A DNA stretch of 64,000 bases from Armatimonadota bacterium (lineage in GTDB: Bacteria; Armatimonadota; HRBIN16), in the NCBI GenBank assembly GCA_963677485.1, contig OY781964.1, forward strand, positions 1,280,001 through 1,344,000, in the 5' to 3' direction. The stretch's first letter is position 1. Each line of letters opens with the position of its first letter. The notes beneath the pieces are model-generated. The model was not told the DNA's origin. It saw only the letters and a list, made by a program, of their open reading frames with translations, and made no database searches. The translations under genes were made by a program, and so were the position numbers. This document shows positions 50,336-60,024 of the stretch, one piece after another.

Positions 50336-50611
50336 CTACTTAACTTGCGACTTCAGCAGATCAACGATGGCTGCGGTGTCTGGAAGTTTGCTCTGCAGCA
50401 TGAAGAACATAACCAATGCGTAAATGACCAGTGATTCGATCAGAGCCAAAGCGATGATCATACCGGTCTGGATTTTGCCGGCAGCTTCTGGCTGGCGGCC
50501 CATGGCCTCAAGAGCACTTGCTGCGGCCTTACCCTGGCCGAGACCAGCACCGATGACTGCGATAGGCAGGCCTAAGCCTACGGCGATAGCTAAACCAAAC
50601 AAGTAAAGCAT
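50336..50611 (-). CDS. atpE: ATP synthase Fo subunit c
   Basis: 'GAGLGQG', 'RQPE', 'IESLVIY'. Confidence 0.96.
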   Translation of the reverse strand: MLYLFGLAIAVGLGLPIAVIGAGLGQGKAAASALEAMGRQPEAAGKIQTGMIIALALIESLVIYALVMFFMLQSKLPDTAAIVDLLKSQVK

Positions 50612-50661
50612 AGAGGTAACCTCCTGATAGTTGTTATACGGGTGTCTGTAATGTGTGCCGT

Positions 50662-51342
50662 TTAGTGTTCTTCACCGTGCGGCAGAACAAGCGAAATGTA
50701 GATGGCAGCCAGGGTGATGAACACCAAAGACTGCACAAAACCAGTGAACATACCGAACAGAAGCATTGGAAACTGGAACGGAACGGGAAAGAATGGGATA
50801 ACAGTCGCGGCCAACAGAGTCAGCATGGCGATTGAAGTTTCGTCTCCCATCATGTTTCCGTAAAGACGTATGGCAAGGCTTAAAGGCTTAGCAAGCGTGC
50901 CTATGATCTCCAAGGGGACCATCAGCCAGATGAGCCACCAGGGGGCCCCTCCTGTGAAGTGCTTGCAATACTTTACCAGCCCATTCTCCTTGATGCCCAC
51001 ATACTGAACATAGAAGAAAGTGATGATGGCTAAGGCAATGGTGATATTCAAGTTCGATGTTGCCGTTTTCCCGATTACCGGAAACAGCCCCATCCAGTTG
51101 TTGACAAGAATGAACATAAAGAGAGTGGCCAGGAATGGGAAGTGCTTTTCGCCGGCCGGGCCAAGAATGTTGGTGGAGTATGAACGGAAGGCTTCCGTCA
51201 GCAGTTCTGTCATGTTCTGCCAAAAACCCGTAGGGACGCGCTGCATGTTGCGGGTGCCGGCACGAGCCATGAGCAACAGCAGCAACACAGAGATACCCGC
51301 ATAGGCTACCATGACCCAGGGGCTTACGTGATGCACTTCCAA
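50662..51342 (-). CDS. atpB: ATP synthase Fo subunit a
   Basis: 'KPLSLAIRLYGNM', 'VQSLVF..L..IY'. Confidence 0.95.
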   Translation of the reverse strand: MEVHHVSPWVMVAYAGISVLLLLLMARAGTRNMQRVPTGFWQNMTELLTEAFRSYSTNILGPAGEKHFPFLATLFMFILVNNWMGLFPVIGKTATSNLNITIALAIITFFYVQYVGIKENGLVKYCKHFTGGAPWWLIWLMVPLEIIGTLAKPLSLAIRLYGNMMGDETSIAMLTLLAATVIPFFPVPFQFPMLLFGMFTGFVQSLVFITLAAIYISLVLPHGEEH

Positions 51343-51354
51343 ACTGATATCTCC

Positions 51355-51837
51355 CTAAGTGGCTTTCTCTTCACGATTCTGTTCGGTATCTTCGTCCGGC
51401 GGGTCACCGATCAAGCGGTCGTGCCAAGCCCGCCTGACTGCCAACGCAGTCATGAGCCATGGAACCATGCTGATGCCGATGATAAACGCCACCCTGTCGG
51501 GCAGATCATAGCGGCACACCCAAGCGACTAAAATTGCAGCCAGCGGGTAGCGCCACCAAACCTTGAACCAAAGAAACTTAGCGGCAGAACTGGTATGGCC
51601 TGGATGCAGGGCACGCACGGCCTGAGTGAGGCTATGAAGCAGCCACCAGGCGAATGCCGAACCTACTACATAGAATGCGATTAGCCTCCAACTGGTAACC
51701 AGTGCGACTATGACCGCAATCACAAGGCAGACGCGGAGGTATATCCGCTTCAATTCGGTCAGGATATCTTGTTCCACCTTATTCGGTATACCAAAAGATG
51801 AGCCGACATGCCATACACATAATGATATCTGTACCAC
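51355..51837 (-). CDS. Putative ATP synthase subunit I-like membrane protein (start uncertain)
   Basis: About four hydrophobic segments, 'WRY' motif, position directly upstream of atpB. Confidence 0.55.
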   Translation of the reverse strand: MVQISLCVWHVGSSFGIPNKVEQDILTELKRIYLRVCLVIAVIVALVTSWRLIAFYVVGSAFAWWLLHSLTQAVRALHPGHTSSAAKFLWFKVWWRYPLAAILVAWVCRYDLPDRVAFIIGISMVPWLMTALAVRRAWHDRLIGDPPDEDTEQNREEKAT

Positions 51838-51922
51838 GGATTGGTATAAATCAGCCCAATAGGCCTCATTATCGGGCTGTTCCTGCCGATCACTCCCAAA
51901 CCATGAGGTTTATCGTGCCGAC

Positions 51923-52360
51923 CTAGGATGCTGTGCTGATAATCCTCCAAGTGGGGTGTACTTCCACATTACCCTTGATCATCGCCCATACAGGACAGAG
52001 AGTCGATTCGGTGATCTTCAACGCCTGCTCCACATGCGTGTCGGTGGCGTCAGGCGATTGAAACTCCATATTAACTTCGATTCGTTCAAAACAGGTCGGG
52101 TGCTCTTCTCGCCTTGTGCCTTGCGCCATGATGCTGCAGCCGGTGATGGTGAGCTGTTGTTTGCGCAGCATCAACAGCATTGAGGTTCCCATACACGAGG
52201 CCAGACTCAGCAAAAACAGCTCCAGGGAGGTGTATCCTTGCCCATCACCCACCGGCGGGGTGTAGTCGATGCTGACAGGCGCGTTAGTGCCTGCGGTGCC
52301 GGAAAAGAATACTTTGTCGTTGATGAGATCAACGCTCACGTTCAAGGGTTCGAATTTCAT
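51923..52360 (-). CDS. OsmC/Ohr-family protein
   Basis: 'ELFLLSLASC', 'CPV'; AGGAGG RBS. Confidence 0.88.
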   Translation of the reverse strand: MKFEPLNVSVDLINDKVFFSGTAGTNAPVSIDYTPPVGDGQGYTSLELFLLSLASCMGTSMLLMLRKQQLTITGCSIMAQGTRREEHPTCFERIEVNMEFQSPDATDTHVEQALKITESTLCPVWAMIKGNVEVHPTWRIISTAS

Positions 52361-52392
52361 GGGTTATCCTCCTAATGATAAGGTTTCGGTTA

Positions 52393-52814
52393 TGTCTGAA
52401 CCACGGATACCACGGATGGGTTCGGATGGAGAGGGATGCCAATCGGGAGATTAGCATATTGTCCTACTCATCCTACCCATCCTCTTGGGGTTCATATAAA
52501 CCGCGGATGAACGCAGATGAACGCAGATGGGGACTGGGCGGTAGAGGCGACCGGCGATCGCCCTTGTCGGGGGCACGGCACGCCATGCCCCTACGGTTCC
52601 AACAACAAACCCGGACGTTCGCAAGTACTCCGGACACCCACGAAGTGGGTAAGATTCATTATAGCCAGGGGTAAGCGAAGCGCAACCCCTGGAAAAGATG
52701 CAAAAGAACCTTACCCCGAAGTGGGTCGTCCGCCACCGCATGCACAGGCAACCACGGGGACTGCACTACGCCTTCACCGGAAATTCATCTGCGTCATCTG
52801 TGTAATCTGTGGAT
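52393..52814. repeat. Composite intergenic repeat island
   Basis: AACCACGGAT-type periodic repeats, GCCAATCGGGAGATT, GTAG-like REPs, half-copy of the 25.8-kb element, inverted ATCTG-periodic tract. Confidence 0.7.
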
Positions 52815-52846
52815 GCTCCCTTCTTTCGCGTGAGGGTGTGCTACTG

Positions 52847-55027
52847 CTACTCCACGCGCAGCAACACCGTGTCCTTTTCCTTCACATTAAGCTTGAGCCT
52901 TTTTGTGTTCGTCGCAATCCTCTCACCGGTCAGCAGATCGAACACGTCGCAGGTTTTGGGCAAATCAATCAGCTTCCAACCACCCTTCGCGGCATGAAGA
53001 CATATGATGCCGCGGTCGGCGAAGAAGCAGTCATTCGATGAGCTGTAGATATGAACGCCAGCATAATCGGCGACCGCCCGAAGTGCCTCAGGAGTGATCA
53101 TGGAGGATGCGTAGTAGACTGACCTCCATCCGTCCATTTGCTTGATCACAAATCCCGGTTTGTGGAGAGGCTCCACCAGGCCCAGCACCTCCGTGCGGGG
53201 ATCATCCGCGTAGAACACCGGACCGGTGCCAATCCCATCACCGTCAGCGCCTTTGACACCGGTTGGGTCCTTTAAACCGCGAAACACTGCCCGCTTTTGT
53301 GAGCCATTCATTTTGATCGTGGATGCTTGCACTTGAGGTATGCACACCAGATTAATGCCGGTGAGTGTTTTCATCCGCTCGGTAGACAGGCCGGTCTCGG
53401 ACACATAACCCGGCGCATACATCCACAGAGCCGTGGCGTGGTCCTTCTTCAGACGTGCATGTATTGCCCTGATTTCGCCGTCAGTAAGCGAGTAGGCGTT
53501 CATGAAAACATAAAGCTTATGCCTGGGAAGCTTCGGATTGGCTATATCCGATAGTAAATAGTAGCTCTGTGATGCTCCCAGACGAGGCCAGTCTGTTTTA
53601 CCGTCCACCTCTACACCGACCCCAGGACGGCACACAGTCCAGCTCTTGTCATCTAGAATGACCGCAATTTCGGCACTACCCAGGCGTGAGCGCAGCATAC
53701 TTTGGTCGCCGGCTGTTTTCAACTGCTTGATGAGGGCCAAGACATCAGGATCATCATACGTGCCGAAGCTCATATCAGCCCACCAGAACGATTGCCCGCG
53801 TGACAGGATATTCCCTAACTCCCGCTTGAGCACCCCTGCCGTTTCAGCCGGAGTGGTGCAGCGGCCGATCGGATCCTGCGTGACATGGGTTCGGATATCC
53901 GACTCGTTGATGTTCATTTTGCCGTGGAGCAGGATCGACTCCACCATGGTCATCGAAACACTAGTTCCACCTGGGCCGCGTCCTCCGTAGTGCGAGGGGC
54001 TGCCCATGAAGTCAAGATCGGGGCATCTCAACAACCGCGTGACAGCATTGTGCTGGCTCTCAAGCTGGTATGGGCCAAACACATTGAGGTAACCGTAAAA
54101 AGAGCCCACCAGCATATTTCCATCGGAAGCCTGCTTCACGATGCGCGCAAAATGGGCAATCGCATCCGCGTTGACTTCGGAGTAGTAAAGATACCAGTCC
54201 GTGATCCGCGTTCCGAGCTTGGCTGGATCACGGAACCGAATTCGGTCTTCGCCGACCTTGCGTTCCTCAACCGTGGGCACGGTGACCCTCGAAAAAGTGA
54301 CCGACGGGTCTTTCCAGGCTCTACGCAACGCAGCCTCAGTCTTATATTTGGCCCGGAGCCACTGGCGGAACGCTTCGGTTGACGCCTCGCTGAAGTCACC
54401 CACCCCACCTTCCCAAAGCAGGGGTCCAAACCATTCGCAGGCCTGCACGTCGCAGACAAACAGGCCCAGCACTCTATCGGCATATGGACCTGACCGGATA
54501 TGTTTCACAAACACCGTCAAGTCTGTAGAGGCATCTTTCAACCACGGCTTTGATGAGCGACTGATGGGCAGCCAGCCTTTGGTATCGAGCGGACCTGTTG
54601 TGCCATCTGCCCACTTGATGACATCCTTCGGGTGTTTCACCAGCCACTTGTTCATACCTTCGACCTCGGTACCGAGCCGTATGACGAAGTAAGCCTGAGG
54701 ATCAACGGCTGTGACCTTCTGAAGCAGGTCATCGCAGTCAGAGTAGTCATACTTTTCTTCAGTCCTGTGTCCGAGTGAGACGCTGTGATCGTATATATGC
54801 ACCCCTGCGTCTGCCATCCCCTTGTTGATTTTGGGGTTCAGGCAATCAATGGCCACAAAGCCGTTGAAAAAGATCGGCTTGCCATTGACAAACACGGCCG
54901 GACTGCCGTTGTGCATCTTCACCTCGGCTCGGACGGGTTTCACCTGCTGGCACGCCGCGGTCGAGCTGAACAGAGCTGCTATTACTGCGCATCCCAGAAC
55001 CCATGCGATTGTTTGCAAAGCTATCAT
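52847..55027 (-). CDS. Secreted GH42-like beta-galactosidase / GH-A family protein
   Basis: Signal peptide; 'VFVNGKP', 'CEW', 'AFRQWLRAKY...L..AW', 'NESDIRT', 'GVHIY'. Confidence 0.65.
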   Translation of the reverse strand: MIALQTIAWVLGCAVIAALFSSTAACQQVKPVRAEVKMHNGSPAVFVNGKPIFFNGFVAIDCLNPKINKGMADAGVHIYDHSVSLGHRTEEKYDYSDCDDLLQKVTAVDPQAYFVIRLGTEVEGMNKWLVKHPKDVIKWADGTTGPLDTKGWLPISRSSKPWLKDASTDLTVFVKHIRSGPYADRVLGLFVCDVQACEWFGPLLWEGGVGDFSEASTEAFRQWLRAKYKTEAALRRAWKDPSVTFSRVTVPTVEERKVGEDRIRFRDPAKLGTRITDWYLYYSEVNADAIAHFARIVKQASDGNMLVGSFYGYLNVFGPYQLESQHNAVTRLLRCPDLDFMGSPSHYGGRGPGGTSVSMTMVESILLHGKMNINESDIRTHVTQDPIGRCTTPAETAGVLKRELGNILSRGQSFWWADMSFGTYDDPDVLALIKQLKTAGDQSMLRSRLGSAEIAVILDDKSWTVCRPGVGVEVDGKTDWPRLGASQSYYLLSDIANPKLPRHKLYVFMNAYSLTDGEIRAIHARLKKDHATALWMYAPGYVSETGLSTERMKTLTGINLVCIPQVQASTIKMNGSQKRAVFRGLKDPTGVKGADGDGIGTGPVFYADDPRTEVLGLVEPLHKPGFVIKQMDGWRSVYYASSMITPEALRAVADYAGVHIYSSSNDCFFADRGIICLHAAKGGWKLIDLPKTCDVFDLLTGERIATNTKRLKLNVKEKDTVLLRVE

Positions 55028-55154
55028 TTGGCTGTATCCCCTTCTGGTCGGTTGAACGAAGCACCGGTGTTGGCCTAGTGCATGCTGACACCCATATACT
55101 ACTCTGTCTTACGGTGATATTCCTGGTCGACCTGCGAATCACAAGAGTCCAGAT

Positions 55155-55264
55155 TGTCTGAACCACGGATTACGCGGATGACACGGATGGGAAGGGATGG
55201 AGAGGGAGCCAATCGGGAGATTGGCGTTCCCAGGGGTGGCGTTCCCAGGGGTGGCGTTGCCAGG
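55155..55264. repeat. Direct copy of the 52393 repeat unit plus a 15-bp tandem repeat
   Basis: TGTCTGAACCACGGAT...GGATGGAGAGGGA(T)GCCAATCGGGAGATT; (TGGCGTTCCCAGGGG)x2 followed by TGGCGTTGCCAGG. Confidence 0.7.
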
Positions 55265-55360
55265 CGCGCATGGTCAACGAATGCCAGTGTGAAATGCATC
55301 TGCGAGTAAAATGAAAGTGAGCAATGAATCATCTCCAGTCAGGAACAAAAACACACCAAA

Positions 55361-58300
55361 ATGACTCCTAAACTTATGAAAACAGCACTCGTATACGCCC
55401 CTTTAGCACTCACGCTGGCTCACTGTCGATGCTTGTGTGCTGCGCCCACCGTCACCGCCGCATCGGCCACCACTGGCCAGATACAGCTTGTGCTGAGCGG
55501 ACCGTCGCAGCAGGTGAAACTGGTGGAAATGCGCCCCTACGAGCAGCCAGATGCCACCGCGGGCTGGAGCATTTCAGCTGCCAGCCTCGCCGCAGCCAAC
55601 GGCTGGCTGAGCGTCACACCCGCCAGCACTGCCAGCCTGGCGGAACCTGACCGTGTGCGTGCGGAGATGGTGCCTTATTTTGCAGCCAGGGTTCGTAACA
55701 CTGGGGCCAGCAGCGTGAATATGTATGTCCAGTTTGTGTTCGGCGGCGTCACCAAACAGGCCACCATCACCGTGCCCGCAGGCGGATGGCAGATTGTGCG
55801 CACCACTCTGTCCTCGTTCGGCACCGATTGGTCGGGCTGGCGCAACCTGAAGATCGTGCTGCCCTTCGGAAGCAAGATCGACTTAAACTGGCTGGCGGTG
55901 ACCGACAACCCCGGCTTCGCCGGCACCGGCAACCGCGGTTATGACCGTCTGTGGAAGTTTGGATGGCCTGACAAAGTCATCTGGGAAGGGCTGAGCCAGC
56001 AGACCGTTGAGGTGCCCCGCTTCAACGGCCAGCAGGACCGCATCTACAACAAGTTCCAGCTGCTTGATGCCGTCACCGGAGCACCGCTTGAGACACCTCA
56101 TTATGTGACCGACTTCTCGCAAGCCGGTGAGGTGGCTGATGACGTAGAGGACGGCTGGTATACCGAGGGCAACGGCAGCAGCTATACCATCAGCGGCGGT
56201 GTGATGAACATCAGCTTCAGCAACCCGACTAATGGACAACCTTTCGACCCCATCATACGCAACGAACGCTATTACGTTCAGGCCAGCAAGGTGAAGTATC
56301 TCACGATGCGCTACCGCATGAGCGCGGAAGTTTCCGGCGGCATGACCCTTGGAGTTTTCGCATGGCCACTCGATGGCGGCAACTACGGCTACACCAGCCT
56401 GAACATCCCGACCACCACCACCTGGCAAACCATCAGGATTCCTCTGACCAATATGGGCGCCAACTGGACCGGCCGGCGCAGTTTTCGGATAGATCCTGTG
56501 GATGGTGAGGTCAACGCCAACAGGTTCCTGAACAGCATCATGATGATCGACTGGATCGCCCTCACCGCCGACAACACCTACACTGGTGGTGACGTGAAGC
56601 CCGGTGAGATAGTATGGGATTTCGCACAGCTGTCTCACCGCGATAAGCAGTTTATCAAGAACACCAATCCTAAGGGTCTGGGGCCGGTCATCGACTACGA
56701 TGATGCTCAGGCGCTGGGAGTTCAGACGATCTCATACCCCTTCCTTTTGAACGGAGTGCTGGCCGATCCGAGCAACAACAAAACCACTTGGACGGTCGAC
56801 GGTGTGAAAGTGCCCATCAACATGGGCTATGTCTACGCCATCGACGACAATGTACAGAAGGCCACCGACCGTGGTATGCGCATATTTCTGTTGCCAATCA
56901 ATGGCATGCCGAGTTCACCCAGCAACGACTGGCCGCTGCTGCACCCCCTCAGCGATGTGGAGAACGCACCGAATCACCTGGGGGCATTCAACACCGGTGA
57001 TGAGCGGTCATTGCTCAGTTTCCGCGCGGCGATGGAGTTCCTGACTCACCGTTACAGCGACCCGCGGGTGACCGTGGGCACCTGCGGCGATATCGTGTTG
57101 GGTAACGAAATACAAAGCCACTGGTGGTGGCACAACATCGGCAATGTCAACCCGGACGTGGTGATTGAAGACTACTATCGGTCGCTGCGGGTCAGCGATA
57201 TCGCCATGCGACGCACCAACCCAAACACCAACCTGTACGTCTGTCTCGACCACTTCTGGGCAGCCAAAATGATGGCCGACACTACCGTCAACATGACCGG
57301 TAAATACCTGCTGGACGGCATCAACGACTGGTGCAAGAACGAGGGTGATCTGCCTTGGGGGATGGCGGCACACCCGTATCCTGCAAATCTGCTGGAGCCA
57401 CGCTTCTGGACCGATGGGGCCGAATCAACCTTCGACCTAAATACTGCGAAGATCAGCGCGAATAACCTCGAGATGTGGCCAGCTGTGCTCAGTCAGCCTC
57501 AGTTGCTGTATAACGGCCGACGGCGGAAGCTTGCGTTTACGGAGCAGGGGATGCACACGCCCAACCAGTCCGATGGGCAGACGATCCAGAGCGCCTGCGT
57601 AGCCCTGGGATACTACAAAGTGGACAGGATCCCCGGTCTGGAGGCGTTCAACTACTTCGCACAAGGTGACTACCTCGACCCCAGCGGGCTGCGCATCGGT
57701 CTGTGGACACACAAAGACGGCAGCAGTGCCACCTTCGACCTGGGCGTGAAGAAACCAAGCTGGACATCTTACCAGATGGGAAGCACAGCCGGTTTCAAGA
57801 GCTACGCCAACTTCGCGCTGGGCCTCGCGGGCTACGGCTCGTGGCTGGATGCGGAGCCCAGACGTACCGAGCTGGCCTTCAAGTTCACCACCGATACCGA
57901 TCTGTGGGCCGCCACCCACGATGTCGGCAACCTACGGGTAGAGGCGGGCATCCTGCGCGGCTCATCGTTAAGCGCTGACCCCTTCATGGAGCGGCCCAAG
58001 ATGTGGCTGCTGCCCAACCTGTTCTCCAAAGTCGTGATCCGCATGAGGGTCAACGGGGGCACGAAAGGGCAGGTCTACTACACCACCACGACAGAACCTG
58101 CTTATTCCGAGGATAAGTCACTGCAGTTTGATATTACAGCCGACGGGATGTGGCACGACTACGTGCAGGACATGGCCAGCCAGCCCAAATGGGCAGGGAA
58201 AACCATCAACGGCCTCCGGCTAGATCCCACAAATGTGAATGGTGCCTCGTTTGACATCGCGTTGATCTCGAGCAGCATCCCCGAGCCGATACCTTCAGCC

Positions 58301-58729
58301 ACCATCGCCGGCGTGATCGGCCTGCTGGACTACAACTATACCAACCCGGCCGTGGTGTCGGGCACTATCGAGCTTCATGATGTCAGCACCAACGCGCTGG
58401 TGGAGACCATCCCGGTGGCTTTGAGCAACTCAGGCACTATCAGCCTGAGCACCCAACAAACAGGCAACTTCAGTGCTGTGGTTAAGGCCCCGCATTTCAT
58501 CAGCATACGGAAGCCGATCACGCTGGCTATTGGGCAGACCAGCTCGCTGTTTGCCAACCTTCCCAACGGCGATGCGAACGGCGACGGAAAAGTGAACCTG
58601 TTCGACATCGTGGCGCTGGACAGGTATTTCGGCACTGCCAACACGATGAGCGACCTAGACGGTGATGGCAAGGTGAACCTATTCGATTATGTGGTGATTG
58701 ACCGCTATTTCGGGCAGCAGTCGCAGTGA
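55361..58729 (+). CDS. Large secreted DUF5722-like GH-A protein with repeated CBM-like modules and C-terminal dockerin/EF-hand-like domain
   Basis: 'DRIYNKF', 'LGNEI', 'LDHFW', 'AHPYP', 'FTEQG'; 'RIDP'/'RLDP' modules; 'GDANGDGKVNLFD...DLDGDGKVNLFD'. Confidence 0.72.
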   Translation: MTPKLMKTALVYAPLALTLAHCRCLCAAPTVTAASATTGQIQLVLSGPSQQVKLVEMRPYEQPDATAGWSISAASLAAANGWLSVTPASTASLAEPDRVRAEMVPYFAARVRNTGASSVNMYVQFVFGGVTKQATITVPAGGWQIVRTTLSSFGTDWSGWRNLKIVLPFGSKIDLNWLAVTDNPGFAGTGNRGYDRLWKFGWPDKVIWEGLSQQTVEVPRFNGQQDRIYNKFQLLDAVTGAPLETPHYVTDFSQAGEVADDVEDGWYTEGNGSSYTISGGVMNISFSNPTNGQPFDPIIRNERYYVQASKVKYLTMRYRMSAEVSGGMTLGVFAWPLDGGNYGYTSLNIPTTTTWQTIRIPLTNMGANWTGRRSFRIDPVDGEVNANRFLNSIMMIDWIALTADNTYTGGDVKPGEIVWDFAQLSHRDKQFIKNTNPKGLGPVIDYDDAQALGVQTISYPFLLNGVLADPSNNKTTWTVDGVKVPINMGYVYAIDDNVQKATDRGMRIFLLPINGMPSSPSNDWPLLHPLSDVENAPNHLGAFNTGDERSLLSFRAAMEFLTHRYSDPRVTVGTCGDIVLGNEIQSHWWWHNIGNVNPDVVIEDYYRSLRVSDIAMRRTNPNTNLYVCLDHFWAAKMMADTTVNMTGKYLLDGINDWCKNEGDLPWGMAAHPYPANLLEPRFWTDGAESTFDLNTAKISANNLEMWPAVLSQPQLLYNGRRRKLAFTEQGMHTPNQSDGQTIQSACVALGYYKVDRIPGLEAFNYFAQGDYLDPSGLRIGLWTHKDGSSATFDLGVKKPSWTSYQMGSTAGFKSYANFALGLAGYGSWLDAEPRRTELAFKFTTDTDLWAATHDVGNLRVEAGILRGSSLSADPFMERPKMWLLPNLFSKVVIRMRVNGGTKGQVYYTTTTEPAYSEDKSLQFDITADGMWHDYVQDMASQPKWAGKTINGLRLDPTNVNGASFDIALISSSIPEPIPSATIAGVIGLLDYNYTNPAVVSGTIELHDVSTNALVETIPVALSNSGTISLSTQQTGNFSAVVKAPHFISIRKPITLAIGQTSSLFANLPNGDANGDGKVNLFDIVALDRYFGTANTMSDLDGDGKVNLFDYVVIDRYFGQQSQ

Positions 58730-58739
58730 GCCGCCGGAT

Positions 58740-58839
58740 GTAAGGGGCATGACGTGCCGTGCCCGTATTGTCATCGGTCCGATCCGCCTAATCCGTCTGA
58801 TGGAATCGGCGGTAGGGGCGGGGTTTCCCCGCCCCTACG
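58740..58839. repeat. REP cluster including a perfect GTAG palindrome
   Basis: GTAGGGGCGGGG-TTT-CCCCGCCCCTAC (58812-58838). Confidence 0.7.
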
Positions 58840-58904
58840 GTCGCATTACAAACGGGTATAGGGCGCGGGGGCGAGGACGACAATTTCAACCAGGAGATCA
58901 TATC

Positions 58905-59924
58905 ATGAGCACCCGCATATACCCTGTAGAACCAAGGCAGTACGTCGATGGACGGCCTGGGGCCGGTTATCGGCTTGACTTGAAAGATGAAGGCATCGTG
59001 TTCGAACACGGCTCAGGTCCAGAACGCTGTGACTACCTGGGCGCCCGCGAAGCCTCCGCCTTTGAATACAAAGGCAAATATTACCTTCACTACGATGGGG
59101 CTGGTCCCAATGGCTGGGTCGCCTGCCTGGCCACCAGCACGGACCTGCGCCATTGGGAGCGCCGCGGTCCAGTGTTGCCGCTCGGTGATAAGGGAACCAT
59201 CGACAGCGGAAGTGCCTCATCGCCATGGGTCTACAATGATGGCAAGAAGTGGCACATGTTCTATGTAGCCACCCCTACCACCTCGCCTGGGCCGGACTTC
59301 GTTCCAGCGTTGCCATACTACACTTGTAAGGCCGAAGCCAGCACGTCCTCAGGGCCCTGGCACAAACGCTACGACATCATACCATTCCGCACCGTAGCGG
59401 GCACATACTACAGCATCACCGCCTCGCCGGGTCCTGTCATCAAGCACAACGGCGAGTATATGATGTTCTTCAGCACCACCTGTGGCACCGAACGAACCCC
59501 CTATGTGCGCACCCTGTCGATCGCCCGCACCAAGAATCTGGACGGTGCCTGGGCGGTGGATCCAAACCCGATGGTGCCCATCGCAGAACAGGTGGAGAAC
59601 GCATCGGTCTACTTCGAGAGGAAGAGCAGCACCTGGTTCCTGTTCACCAACCATATCGGGATCGATGAGCAAGGCGGCGAATACACCGACGCCATCTGGG
59701 TTTACTGGACGAAGGACATCAACCACTGGGACGCCAGTCATAAGGCGATCGTGCTGGACGGAGCAAACTGCCAGTGGGCGAAAGAGTGCGTTGGTATGCC
59801 CTCCGTGCTGGTAGTCAAAAACAAACTGGCACTGCTGTATGATGCCGCGCCTGGCCGCAGCAAAAGCCATATGCGGCGTAATATCGGCCTCGCCTGGCTG
59901 GAGCTGCCACTGATCACGCCATAA
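58905..59924 (+). CDS. Five-bladed beta-propeller glycoside hydrolase-like protein (GH32/43/130 superfamily)
   Basis: 'YYLHYDG', 'LATSTDLRHW', 'WHMFY', 'IGLAW'; ATG 58905 follows AGGAG. Confidence 0.7.
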   Translation: MSTRIYPVEPRQYVDGRPGAGYRLDLKDEGIVFEHGSGPERCDYLGAREASAFEYKGKYYLHYDGAGPNGWVACLATSTDLRHWERRGPVLPLGDKGTIDSGSASSPWVYNDGKKWHMFYVATPTTSPGPDFVPALPYYTCKAEASTSSGPWHKRYDIIPFRTVAGTYYSITASPGPVIKHNGEYMMFFSTTCGTERTPYVRTLSIARTKNLDGAWAVDPNPMVPIAEQVENASVYFERKSSTWFLFTNHIGIDEQGGEYTDAIWVYWTKDINHWDASHKAIVLDGANCQWAKECVGMPSVLVVKNKLALLYDAAPGRSKSHMRRNIGLAWLELPLITP

Positions 59925-60024
59925 GGCCAAGCGATGATACAGCCGTTGATCGGCGCTGATTGTATATTTCTGCACAGAAACTGATATATTGTGTGTATAT
60001 CAGTTTCTGAAGAGGCTTACTGTC

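Noticed and set aside
51759-51950. 63-aa ORF as AtpZ
   Set aside because: Lacks the two hydrophobic helices and overlaps osmC and the atpI-like ORF
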